NCBI GenBank assembly: GCA_012295275.1
Contig: CM022667.1
Coordinates: 4,030,001-4,094,000 of the forward strand
Direction: 5' to 3'
Source: Chrysomallon squamiferum
Taxonomy: Eukaryota; Animalia; Mollusca
DNA: 64,000 nt
In this document: one piece after another, positions 28,277-40,620 of the stretch
Numbering within the stretch: position 1 is the first letter of the stretch
Layout: each line of letters begins with the position of its first letter
Position numbers and translations under genes: made by a program
Notes under the pieces: generated by a model
Seen by the model: only the letters and a program-made list of their open reading frames with translations
Databases searched by the model: none
Told to the model about the DNA's origin: nothing

Positions 28277-28522
28277 GCACACACACACATACAATTTTCA
28301 TTTTGTTTTTTTCTTAGTCGTCTTTAAATTGTTTTTCTTTTCCTTCTTATTCTTCTTTTTTGTTTTATTTCATTTATTTTTCTTACTTTATTTATTTATT
28401 TTATTTTTAATTACTTATTTACTTATTTATTTATTTATTTATTTTAAATTACTTATTTATATATTTATTTATTTATTTATCTTGTAGACTCGATTTGAAG
28501 AAGCTCAAACTTAAGAACTTTC

Positions 28523-29873
28523 ATGGATCCTTCTAGAAGTATTGCCAACAGAGATGTGTCAGGAAACGACGGTTGCTGTTCGTTCGGTGATCTTCAAAAA
28601 CTTCCTTCCTACGAAGAAGCCATCAAATCGCCTGTTGTCATGGTTTCCGGGGCGGCCCCTCCCACCTACGCTGAAGCAGTGGGCTGCACGGGGCCCGTTT
28701 TACACTCGACATATCCATACGCACCCCCGCCCGATCACCGTGACCCGGAAATGATAGGAAATCGACCTCTATGTCGAACTAACAGTGACCTCATTATCGT
28801 GAGACTGCTTTCAGGACTGAGCAGCGAGAGAACATCTTCGTCACCCGCGCCATTACGTCACACACAGCGCGGACGAAGAGCAAGTCTTGTAAGTTTTGAG
28901 AAAAATTTCATATTTGATTTTTGTTTAAGTAAAACTGCATTTAAAAAAAAAAAAAAAAAAAATGTTTTATTATTATTATTATTATTTTTTTAAAGAAACC
29001 TCAACAAAATTTTATTATTAAGGATTGATCATTAACTATCCTCTAAGTACATGTGTATGTTTTAGCCATTTTATTTCAATTCCTTTCAAAACGATCTCAT
29101 TATTGTGTATGTCTTCCTAAATGAAAAGCACAAACAACGGCCTTTAATTAACCAATCAGTTTGTTTGGAACAGGAAATAAATATAGCATTCATAATGGTT
29201 CCTACAGGGCAGTGACTTCAGTGTTGTTTTGAGTTACTATTTTAATGCGCAAATGTAATCCAGTTATTTGTTTCTTCTGATTCTTATTTATTTATTTATT
29301 ATTTTTATTCATTTATTTTTTTTATATATATTGTTTTTTCAGCTTTCTACAGAACAAGGTGGAAATTACCAGCCATCCGAATACAGCCGATCTCTTGCCA
29401 AACGAGTACAGTTGTGTTTCGTTTTCATTGTCGTTGCCGTAATAATAGTGGCAGGGGCGATAACCACGTCTGTCATAAAATCCACAAAAACTGATCTGTT
29501 GTCTCCCATAGACATACCAAAAATAAACATCCCAACAGTAAACCCGGACTCGTCTAATTTTCCTAGACCAACATATTTTAGCTATTCCGACTGGTTGTAT
29601 CACAGATATAATATGAGTAAGGTTTGGAATCAGTCTATCACCACACATTCTCCGTCTTGGTCTGTTTATTCATACGTCTACAAAGAACACTTGAAAAACA
29701 AGCAGGGTATGAATTTCGTTCGGAGGAATAATAGTACACAGAAAAGAAGAATTTCCGCTTCCGATGTGACTAAACCTAGAGAAATTAAAATGGGTTACAT
29801 GTATGCCTCCAGTGAAAAGATTACGTTACAATGTCTGCCGTGTGTTTTCATATGCGTTTATTTAAATAAGTAG
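28523..29873 (+). CDS. Uncharacterised single-pass membrane protein with PY motifs (about 298 aa; exons 28523-28888 and 29343-29873)
   Basis: GC-rich exons, acceptor at 28487, phase-0 intron GTAAGT(28889)..TTTCAG(29342). LPSY and PPTY motifs, TM VQLCFVFIVVAVIIVAGAITTSVI, downstream N-glycosylation sequons, hydrophobic C-terminus. Probable non-coding first exon ending at 27393. Confidence 0.7.
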
Positions 29874-29892
29874 ATACTGTGGGTGTTTTTTC

Positions 29893-29929
<37 letters not shown>

Positions 29930-31649
29930 TATGTTGTTATTTTTGTTTAAAATGCTGTATATTTTTTTTAAATGAACAATAGTAACCTTAATACACAAAA
30001 TATACAGTCGCTAAAAATCAAATTTCCTAGGAAAATTAATTTTAAAATATGTGTATTTATGACAATAATTTAGGAATTACTGTCTATACTATACAATATT
30101 ACCAAAGGTTGGTATATAAAAAAAATAATTAAACGAAAAAGTAATTTTGAAAGTATACAAAATATAAGACTATATGAATAAAAAATATCGTTATAGATAA
30201 ACTGTGACAATATATATATATATATGACGTGTTCAGGCTGTAATATCACTATAAATACATTTTAAAATGGCGACTTATTTATTTATTTATTTTTAATATA
30301 TATTTCACAGCTTCAAAGCATTTTATTTACTGGAGTGTTTTAACTGACTTTAATAATATCATGTTTTAGGTCATTAAATGTTATTTGTCATTATGTGAGT
30401 ATTGATGTATTGGAGATAACAAACTTCCCATACGGGCATGGTGGGGAGCAGTCATTGATGTGGACGTACATACTTGGAAAAATCATTTTTCAATTCTAAA
30501 TGTTATTGACTAAAAAAGAAGTGATTATAGAGAATAAGGTAAATGTATGTGTTGTTAAATATGTGTTTTAGAAAATGACTTAGTGATGTTGTGAAACCAT
30601 GACTGTACCATTAGCTAAGGATTGTTAATTTTCCAGTATGGGCGTTATAATTAGTTGGTTTTTTTTTTTTATTATTTTTATAATAATGACAAATTACTAA
30701 AAAAAAACATGATATTTATTTTTTATTGTTTTATTAGCGCCATTTATTTGAAGTAGACATTTTGAAATCACTTTCGTTGTTACGGTTTGAAAACCACCCA
30801 GGGTTGTTATCATTTTGTTACTTCCTTCACTACCTTGCAAGGTTTTATATTTTATTGCTGTTATCAGACGAGAAATTTTTTGATGATATTTTTAATTTTG
30901 TTTCCAAGTCTAAAAATAAAGCAAAAAAGCAAAAAAAAAAAAAACCATCTTGTTAACTTCTCTTTTTAAAATTTTTTTATTTTATTTCAGATTTTTATTG
31001 ACTCATTGATTGTTTGTTTGTTTGATTAATTCTGTTTATTTATTTGAAATTACGATTTGATAATCCTAGAAAATGTTTGATCTTTAACCTCAAATATAAA
31101 ACATTTTTTTCGATTTATTGTTTTTTCTAATCCTGATATGATTTTTATTATTATTTTTTGTTTTATTTAACTTATACTTATTAGATATCAATCAGATTAT
31201 TTTAGTACATCATTAGAGAGGAAATCCACCATTACCATTCCATATCGGAATTAGACAGATTAGCAAACGTTTTTATTAATAGATTATTCGCCTCGTTCTG
31301 GTGTAAGCGCTAGTAAGAGTGCTAACGAAAAAATGGTGGAAGTTGTTTTTATGCTGCTGGATTATGTCCCTTACTGGAAAACGCTGTATGCATTAGTTAA
31401 ATAAATTAAAATGTAAATAAAACATAAAATTTCTTTTATTTACATTTTTTAATTACTAAAACATTATATATATAATGTAATATAATATATAAAATAATCG
31501 CAACGGCAAAAGACAAAAAAAATGAAGAAAAACGTAAACAAAGTAATTCAAGAACTTAGTAAATTTCTTTTTACCAAATAAAATAAAAAGAAACGTCTAA
31601 GAACTTTGTCAAATTAAAAAAGCATTTTCATTTTGTCATGATTCTAAAA

Positions 31650-31951
31650 AAAAAAAAAAAAAGGGTTTTCTGGAAAGTTCTGACTGTTTTTGAAGGATGA
31701 AATCTTCGCGAGGTTCTCAAAGCGTTCATCAACAGTAGTTTTTATGGAGCTTCCACCATCTCTGCAAGCTCTAGACATGATTTTTCAGTTCGCTTTATTG
31801 TTTAACCTTCAGAAAGATCGTTCTACAACTCTGAAGATTTTCCGGAATGATATGCATCTTTTAAGGTGAAATCCCCGCGTTTGAATTTTGCAAATTAATC
31901 CGAACTGTCGATTCACCCATAGCACCTTAATCCTACTTTTTACAATGTTTT

Positions 31952-31982
<31 letters not shown>

Positions 31983-32060
31983 TTTACACGTTTCTGCAAT
32001 ATTTTCATCCTTTTTTTAAAGCGGAAAAGAACTACGCGCCGAAAATGCAACCTTGATAAT
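31650..32060 (-). mobile_element. Decayed mariner transposase, N-terminal HTH region
   Basis: Frameshifted translation LHFRRVVLFRF..NIAETC..GAMGESTVR..FAKFKRGDFTLKDAYHSGKSSEL..LELAEM fits the mariner HTH consensus (FAKFKxGDFxLxDxxRSGRP). Confidence 0.75.
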
Positions 32061-32369
32061 GGCCCAAAAAAGAGTAAAAAGATAATTTATTTATTTTTGA
32101 TGTAAGACGTAGCAAGTACGTTAACCGCGATATGAGAGTTTCAGTGTTCACGACATTAGAGCTGTTACATGACGTATCTGAACTTTCCGGACAACCCAGT
32201 TTTAATTTGTCTTCTTACCTTACTGACACAGCAAATAATCTCATATAAATATATAAAGAGAAATAAATAACCAGATAAGCTATACAGATTAACGGATTAG
32301 CATATATATGTATGTATGTGTGAATGTATGTATGTATTTGTGTGTTTATGTATGTTTGTGTGTAAGTGC

Positions 32370-32403
<34 letters not shown>

Positions 32404-32655
32404 GAATGAGTGTAGACAGAAATTCACAAGCTCACAGATAATTTGTACAAAAAATAAAAATTAAAAATTAAAAAACTATATCTAGAAATCAACGTTACAC
32501 CTGTTCATTATCGACATTTTTACTAGATTTCTCGCTCGTCTTGTTCATTTTTTAAATTTATTTATTTATTTATTTTTTTTTATTTTTTTTTTTTTTTTTT
32601 GAATCTAAATAAACCACTGAAAAAACAGTCGACGTTCTCATTGAGAAGATGTTGT

Positions 32656-32962
32656 CTAAGAACTGTGACCAAAATACACGGCAACAAAAATGGCGACGAC
32701 AAACGCCAGAATAAAACTTATACAGCCAAGAATGAGGCACCCTCGCGTTTTCAAGTATTTCACGTGAAATTTCTTCTTCTTCTTTCGGTTCAAGGCAGTC
32801 TAATAAGGAAAAAAGAAAAAGAAAGAAATAAAAATAAAAAAGAAAGAATAAAAGAAAAGAAAAGAAAGAAAAATAAAATAAATAAATAAATAAATAATAA
32901 CAATAATAATAACAATAACAATAACAATAACAATAACAATAATAATAATAATAATAATAATC

Positions 32963-32998
<36 letters not shown>

Positions 32999-33058
32999 TT
33001 AATTATTATTATTTATTATTATTTATTTAACCTATAAATTAACTGCATTATTATTTTT

Positions 33059-33091
<33 letters not shown>

Positions 33092-33107
33092 TCTTATAAA
33101 ATAACTG

Positions 33108-33177
<70 letters not shown>

Positions 33178-33659
33178 TTTGAAACTGGCACCGTTACAGC
33201 GTCATCATTACTCAGAGGTGGGTGGTATGAGGTGGGTAAGTAACGATGTGGGAGGGTGTAGACCCTGCACGGTAACGTAGCCACCTGAAACGGGTGCCCG
33301 TATGTACCCGTGCCGTAGTTGTCGTAGTGACGTGGTCTCTTGTAGCGTGAAATTTGTCCAGAGTCCGAATTCCTTCGTTCTCTGTGCTTTGACGTTCTGC
33401 CGCTGACTGAATCTCTTCGGAAGCTAGACGGCGAAGTTTTACCGTGATCTGAACTTTTGCGGTCACTGTACGGTGACGTTTTTCCGTTGTCTGAACTTTT
33501 GCGGTCACTGTACGGTGACGTTTTTCCGTTGTCTGAACTTTTGCGATCACTGTACGGTGACGTTTTTCCGTTGTCTGAACTTTTGCGATCACTGTGCGTT
33601 GAATTTCTATCGTTTACTGAAATTTTGCTCTGGTCGGAATTTCTTCGATCGATTTGTCG

Positions 33660-33690
<31 letters not shown>

Positions 33691-34748
33691 GGCTCTTTGA
33701 TGTCGTCTGAAGTTGGCTCGACTCTGTACGGTGCAATTTCACCGTCATCAGCAGCTCGACGTTCACTGTACGGTGACGTTCTTTTGTCGCTGGACGGAAA
33801 AGGTCTTCGCTCATCGTCTGGTGAAATTCTTTCATAGTCTGGAGATTTGCGGTTGTCATACGAGGCATATCTTTCGTAACCGTACATCGGAGTCTTAGGT
33901 TCGCCGTACGGCGAAGATCTAGGCTCACCGGAGGGCGAGGCTCTGTTGGAGCTGACAAAGGACTCGCGAGGTGAATGGTCCTGAAAAGGCAACCTGTCCA
34001 GTGCCGGTGAAAAACGACCCGGGGCACGGGGATACTCTTCTGTGGCACGAAGGTAGTTATCCCTGGCATGGGGAGAGATATCCCTGGCATGAGGGTAGAT
34101 ATCCGAGGCACGAGGAGAGATATCCCTGGCATGAGGATAAATATCCCTGGCATGGGGATAGATATCCCTGGCATGAGGGTAGATATCCGAGGCACGAGGA
34201 GAGATATCCCTGGCATGAGGATAAATATCCCTGGCATGGGGAGAGATATCCCTGGCATGAGGGTAGATATCCGAGGCACGAGGAGAGATATCCCTGGCAT
34301 GAGGAGGGATATCCCTGGCATGGGGAGAGATATCCCTGGCATGAGGAGAGACATCCCTGGCATGGGGAGAGATATCCCTGGCATGAGGAGAGATATCCCT
34401 GGCATGAGGAGAGATATCCCTGGCATGAGGAGAGATATCCGTGGCATGAGGAGAGATATCCCTGGCATGAGGAGAGATATCCGTGGCATGAGGAGAGATA
34501 TCCGTGGTATGAGGAGAGATATCCCTGGCATGAGGAGGGATATCACTGGCATGAGGAGGGATATCCGTGCCTCGGGAATCTGCAGGACGAGGAATGTTAT
34601 CCCTGGAGCTGGGGTACTCACCAGCAGCACCAGGGTAGCTATCCGGGGCACGAGGGTGTTCTTCTACAGCCGGGTACTCCCTCCACTCAGTGACACGTGG
34701 TATGAGGGGGCGAGGAGCAGGTGGACTGCGGATTTTGTGGATAGGCAT
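32656..34748 (-). CDS. Uncharacterised repeat-rich tail-anchored membrane protein (about 571 aa; exons 34748-33177 and 32799-32656)
   Basis: The long ORF has a donor AAG|GTAATA at 33177; a phase-0 acceptor at 32800 gives TALNRKKKKKFHVKYLKTRGCLILGCISFILAFVVAIFVAVYFGHSS*. The true start is uncertain; an upstream exon with a GTGAGT donor at 35450 is likely. Confidence 0.68.
33430..33600 (-). repeat. Coding 42-bp repeat (SDRKSSDNGKTSPY, about 4 copies)
   Basis: 'tcactgtacggtgacgtttttccgttgtctgaacttttgcg' in tandem. Confidence 0.9.
34055..34570 (-). repeat. Coding 21-bp minisatellite (PHARDIS heptads, about 24 copies)
   Basis: Unit 'gatatccctggcatgaggaga' on +, with an 84-bp higher-order period in part of the array. 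Confidence 0.92.
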
Positions 34749-34887
34749 CGCGGAAACTGTAAGCTGGTCTCACGTCACGGTTTGAATTATTCACTCCCTG
34801 AAACGAAAATTTAATTATTAGCATTAACATAAAGCGATAAATTATAAATACTACAGTGATATTTTGTTTTTTAAAATGCAATAATAA

Positions 34888-34954
<67 letters not shown>

Positions 34955-35790
34955 TCCATTCAGCATAATTATTTGTTTTTAGTTAGTTAAATGGGGCATT
35001 ATATTCATTGTTAAGAACGGTGCAGATAAATGAGATAATGCTGTCGTTGTTGTTGTTTATTTTACATTCTAGCAAAATCATACTTAGTTTATCCAAATTT
35101 TGATAATAATTGCCTGTATGAGGGTAGGCACATATAAACGATGCTTCGTTGCTGACTGATAACATTACACGTGTATCAAATTAACAAAATAAATAACCAT
35201 CATGACCAAGAACAATATTGATATTAACACTGTCAATACCAATAATAATAATAATAATAATAATCACAATGATGATAATGATAATGACACCAGTAAAGAC
35301 AGCGACGTGAACAATAATAACAACATCAATAAAAACAACAGCAGCAACAACAACAAAAAACAGCAGCAACACCAATAACCATAACAATAATAATAATAAT
35401 CTTTCACATACAAGATGAGCTAAAATGTAAAATGAAAAACCAGTACTCACGGTTTCGAGTGCTGTGAAGCCATACTTCCACACGTTTCAACCAGTTCACA
35501 GCTTAAATCTTCCCACAGTGTATTCCCACCCCTCACTGTTTACTACGCCTTGTGTTAGTTGTCTGTAGCATTATAAAGTCCACTGCAAACAAAGTGCAGG
35601 CATACAAACCAATAAAATCGCCCAGTTTTCTTTTCATGCAAGACGGTCGTTTATATTCAGTAATACGGCATTAACGGTAACACACAATGAAGGGTTATAG
35701 CCTGTTACGTTCTCTTTAAATAGTGAAATCTGTTTTCTCACGAAACGAAAGGACATTTACTATTTATAGTTTATTTTATATGATAATAAA

Positions 35791-35835
<45 letters not shown>

Positions 35836-35889
35836 ATATAATGTGTTGATGTTTTGTGTGTGTATGAAGATTATTTTTCAGTGGTAGGT

Positions 35890-35928
<39 letters not shown>

Positions 35929-36332
35929 AAATACGTGATATTTTTTAATGAAATGTAAGACGTTTACACCTATATCATTTAATTCATGACATCATCTTTA
36001 TTGTTGTTATTGTTATCAGTAACAGGTTAACGCAACAAAATATACGTGTAGGTTTATGAATTTACTTACAAAGGAACAAACACATTAAGAACTTTGAAAA
36101 CCAATATAATATTTTATCTTGAATATACTAAAACAAGAGGAAGATCACATCATGAAACACAATCACATATCAACATTAACAATAAATTAATAAAACAATG
36201 AGCGTAATTATAACAGATAGACGTCTGATACGAATACAAACATAAACATACGCACTATACAAACAAGCATACAGACACATACAAATATGTAAACACACAC
36301 ACACACATACACACACATTAAACAGTAAAATC

Positions 36333-37946
36333 CTAGCTGAACGTTAAACCATTTCTTGAAGCCAGTGTCAACACATTGTAAACATCTCCAGTTCTTGGCG
36401 GTTTTATGGAGGAACAGTCTTCACCTCTACCTTCGTCGAATCTGAATTTCAGAAGACCGTTCTGACTGAAGCACAGCAAGCTGCCGTCTCTGTACATGAC
36501 ACCAAAGCAGTACTCAAACGGCTCCCACTTTGACGTGGAGACCACGCGAATCTGAATGACTCCGTCGTCGTCGATGATGTGAAGATGGACAACGTTGCCG
36601 TCGTTGTCCAACAGGTAGACGTCCGGCAGGTGCACGGAACCCCGGAGCAGTTCTGACCTGAAAGGTAAAGCTGTTGTCATGGTTGTGATTGCTCGAGTCC
36701 TCGTGTTGAAACACTGGATCAAGTCCGATTTATTTTCCTGAATCTCTCCTCCCATGACGAGGATGTTGACGCCGACCGTCACCGCGAAATTTTCAAACCT
36801 GTCCTGTCCTAAGTCGCCGACAACCTGCCACTGTTTTCCGCCTTCAGCCAGCTCTTCTATGCTGTTGCTAGCCAAGCCACCAATCGTGTAGACACTGGAC
36901 ACAACGGTGGCCATGCACGGACAGTAGTGGGCGAAGTTGAGATCTGGTCCTATTTCCCAAGTCCGGTACACCACGTCGTAAATTAAGCACAGTTTTCGCC
37001 TCGACTCGCCACCCGTCACGTAAATCTTGTTACCTAGATTCGCAGCCGAATACCAGCGTCCAGGATCTGCTGGTGCAGCGGGAACGTCCTCCCATTTGTC
37101 GTCTGCCGTGAAGCAGGACAGGAGGGAATTTCCCGTGTGATGGAGAATAAAGAAATCTCGTTTCTTGGATGTGAATCTCGTCTCGGTGGCGACGATTCTC
37201 GTGTGGTGGTAAAGAGCTCTCTGGATCATTTTCTGAACGACGCCGTTTTTGCAAACAATACTCGAAAAGAGAACTTCTTTGATGAGAAACTGAGGATCCA
37301 CAATATCCAGGCGAACCTTTGAAAAAATAGCCGTGACGTCATCTTCGTCGGGGTTGTTGCTGAGAATCCACTTCATGACACTCCTGACAATGTCGTCTTC
37401 TTTACACTTAAGGTCATCTTTCGAGATGATTTCTAAAAGTTCTGTTTCTGAAAGGCGACTCACGTTTTCAGACAGAACGAAATCGGTCAGGTTTTCAGTC
37501 AAATAACGGAAAGCTTTGCCAGCCAGTTCGTGGAAGTTGTAGATTTTTAAAACTCGCCACCAGTTGAGGCAATTTTCAGAAGTCAACACGAGACCTTCCT
37601 TGAGGTAATCGTTGATAAACTGTTTTACGTAGTCCAGCTGCATCATCTCTGCAGCGTCCAAAATCTGGATGACGTTTTCTTCGTTTACTAGATTCACACC
37701 ACACAAGTACATCTGAAGAATGCTTTGGAACACGGGCAAAGAAATGGAAGGCAAATTTAAAACGCCTGTTCGACTTTCGGCCATGTCCGAATAAAGCATC
37801 GCCCGGAAGTAAGGAGACAGCGCCGCCAGCACCAAACGACTTCCGGTTGTTGTACCGTCGTAACAGACAATGTCAAGGTCGCAGAACGTACCTTTCAGAA
37901 TCTGTTCGTGAATGTTGCGAAGAAGAATTGCTTGGTGGTCGTCCAT
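36333..37946 (-). CDS. Kelch-like BTB-BACK-Kelch protein, 537 aa, intronless CDS
   Basis: BTB (FCDL..LVLAALSPYFRAML..MAES), BACK (ENCL..L.EIISKDDL..EDDIVRSVMKWI..KVRL) and Kelch blades with GG/W motifs (KIYVTGG, VYTIGG, ILVMGG). Confidence 0.92.
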   Translation of the reverse strand: MDDHQAILLRNIHEQILKGTFCDLDIVCYDGTTTGSRLVLAALSPYFRAMLYSDMAESRTGVLNLPSISLPVFQSILQMYLCGVNLVNEENVIQILDAAEMMQLDYVKQFINDYLKEGLVLTSENCLNWWRVLKIYNFHELAGKAFRYLTENLTDFVLSENVSRLSETELLEIISKDDLKCKEDDIVRSVMKWILSNNPDEDDVTAIFSKVRLDIVDPQFLIKEVLFSSIVCKNGVVQKMIQRALYHHTRIVATETRFTSKKRDFFILHHTGNSLLSCFTADDKWEDVPAAPADPGRWYSAANLGNKIYVTGGESRRKLCLIYDVVYRTWEIGPDLNFAHYCPCMATVVSSVYTIGGLASNSIEELAEGGKQWQVVGDLGQDRFENFAVTVGVNILVMGGEIQENKSDLIQCFNTRTRAITTMTTALPFRSELLRGSVHLPDVYLLDNDGNVVHLHIIDDDGVIQIRVVSTSKWEPFEYCFGVMYRDGSLLCFSQNGLLKFRFDEGRGEDCSSIKPPRTGDVYNVLTLASRNGLTFS

Positions 37947-38381
37947 TTTCTGAACTGGAATATAAATATATAAATAAACAAATAAATAAATATTGGTATA
38001 TTATAGTGATATAATTAATAATTTTCGGGCAGAAATTTTGTACTGCCATTACAGCAATAAATATGCCTGATAATTCTAATTATTTCGTAAAACAATAAAT
38101 CATACACTTTAAATGCTCAAACGGACTAATATGCTTGTACGAACGTCATATTAAAAAATACAAACATCCATACATACATATATGCATACCTATACGTATA
38201 TATATATATATACACACACACACACATTTATATATATATAAAAACAGACACAAACACACACACAAATACATACGCATTGCTCCAAGAAACACGAAAAACA
38301 TCCACAAACATATAACAAAGTATAAATCTAAAAAAACACACGTACATCAAAATACATTATTCTTAATACATATAATTGTTC

Positions 38382-38437
<56 letters not shown>

Positions 38438-39069
38438 TGCTTGACCTTCGATAAGGAGATGAAGCATATTAAAACACAACTTAAAACATAGACTAATATT
38501 AAACATAACACTAACCTGCCAGCTAAACTTCTCCGATTTTGTATATTTATAATACACCTCCAGCTGCTTACCTCCAAACTCTACGAAATGCTAGTATTGT
38601 TTACAAAATGACTGCTTCCTTTTTCCACAACCTTGTAAAGGTGAAGGTTAACCTAATGACCTGGCACAGCGGCTATTTTTAGAATTGATTTAACGCATAT
38701 ACTGTTAGGTCCATCAGCATTTATCTGCATATATCCAACATTAATTTTATTAAAGGAACAGTATATATAAATAAAATAAAATAAAATAAAATAAAATAAA
38801 ATAAGTAACTTAAAAATAAATTTAAAAAAATGACAAAAAAAAAAAAAAAAAAAAAATTATGTTTCTAAAACGAACGATAACTCTTAAGACCAAACGTATA
38901 TTAATCAACAGGAGTTATTTCATTTAGAACTGCCTTGAGTTATTTCCAGTGGTAAATCAAACAGTCTCTATCTCGCACGTGTCTCCTTATCAGAACGACA
39001 AAATTTACCATCAATCAGGGAACTTGTGATTCAAAAAAAATGCGAACTGGTTTAGCATAATGTGATTGA

Positions 39070-39160
39070 TTTTTTTCCAACAAGATTGTGCTCCTCCACA
39101 TTAAGCTAAAGCAGTTCGTGATTTCTTTAATCACAAGTTCCCTGACAGATGGGTAGGTCA
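39070..39160 (+). mobile_element. Tc1/mariner DDE/D transposase fragment
   Basis: FQQDCAPPH*AKAVRDFFNHKFPDRWVG matches the FQQDGAPPH...VRxxLxxxFPxRWIG catalytic segment; it has an internal stop. Confidence 0.8.
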
Positions 39161-39443
39161 TCTCTTTCTGTCTAATCACATAAATTCCGAGAAAGTTAGA
39201 AAAATCAAAACATCACATTTCTGTCTCCTTCTGCCCCTGTCTGATTGTGTGTGTCTGCTTAATACATGTGAACCCCCCCCAGAAAACACTCAGATATGTA
39301 TTTAAGTATATATATACGTATTATAGATACACCCATACAAACACACAAACAGACTGATGTATATATATGTGATATTATTTAGATTCTGAAAAACGGGAGA
39401 ATGATGTGTTCATTATATAACCATATTAGCTATTTAATGTAAC

Positions 39444-39490
<47 letters not shown>

Positions 39491-39666
39491 ATAATAATAA
39501 AATAATAATAATAATTTAGAAAGAGATACCAGGGTTTATTCCCAATCACCAAGGCGCGTTGTTTGAACTGAAAGCAGATGACAGTATTGAACTGCATGTG
39601 AAGAACATTAAAAATCTTGAAAAGGACAAAATCAAACTCAACTTTGGAATTTATTGCTTTCAGTAA
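39160..39666 (+). pseudogene. 3' remnant of a TNF-family ligand gene
   Basis: Intron-2-like sequence, exon-3 stub at about 39383, and final TNF strands LFELKADDSIELHVKNIKNLEKDKIKLNFGIYCFQ* ending at 39666; homologous to 51100-52178. Confidence 0.8.
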
Positions 39667-40281
39667 TTTTCTGTAACTAACAAGTGGAGATGTTGTGATT
39701 TACTAAAATGAAAGGGTCAAATTTGCTAACACAAACTTAGAAAGCAGAGACATAACTTTCACGTACCGAACCAGTGTCATCATGAGATTACGATTCTGGG
39801 TGCTAAATTCAAACTAATATACACTTGAAAAATAGTAAATTAAACTGAAACTGAGTTATGTTGATTACCTGTAACATAGATCCACATAATTAGATGCATG
39901 AACAGATTATGTTTATACTAAACCAAACTGATAGCTAACACATACGTACATACATACATACCTTTATATTATGTACCGATTTACTAACTTTTTGTATTTA
40001 GTATTATTATTGTCAGTGGCTAACTTCTTTAATTTCTTATCATTTTTGTTGTTGTTGTTTTTGGACATTTGTAGATTTATTAATCTTTTCTGAAAGTTAT
40101 TTTATACAAATTTATTATTTCATTTTTCAAAACACAAGTAAATATTTATCAGTTCATCCCCTTTACTGCTGTATCATCAACCTGTTTGATTGCTCTTTTT
40201 AAAATGTCACTTTTCTGGTTTTCAGATGGTCAGCAAAAATATTCTTTATTTGATGCACCCTGCTCACCAAATAGATTAGCT

Positions 40282-40555
40282 CCATTGATAGCCTCTAGAG
40301 CTGCTTTTGCCATTCCAATAGAACTGAAACACAAGAAAAATAAAATACTATCATTGATAGCCTCTAGAGCTGCTTTTGCCATTCCAACAGAACTGAAACA
40401 CAAGAAAAATAAAATAAAATCATTGATAGCCTCTAGAGCTGCTTTTGCCATTCCAATAGAACTGAAACACAAAAAAATAAAATAAAATCATTGATAGCCT
40501 CTAGAACTGCTTTTGCCATTCCAACAGAACTGAAACACAAGAAAAATAAAATAAA
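40282..40555 (-). repeat. Tandem array (4 x about 69 bp) of the PHKB exon-7 splice acceptor
   Basis: Each unit is a polypyrimidine tract plus CAG plus the first about 40 exon nt. Confidence 0.9.
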
Positions 40556-40571
40556 TAATGATGACGATGAC

Positions 40572-40620
<49 letters not shown>

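Noticed and set aside
33614-34814. Overlapping ORFs in other frames (LLMPGIS, RYPWHEE, RRDIPGM repeats)
   Set aside because: The 21-bp unit lacks stops in several frames; only the PHARDIS frame extends well beyond the repeat and splices to a TM exon.
35084-35473. Coding 5' exons (MASQHSKP...) for the heptad-repeat gene
   Set aside because: Every splice combination I tried hits stops before ATG 34748; more likely 5'UTR or uORF, unresolved without RNA data.
36333-37946. Kelch gene as ortholog of gigaxonin (GAN, human 16q23)
   Set aside because: Only generic BTB-BACK-Kelch similarity is visible; no diagnostic residues recognised.
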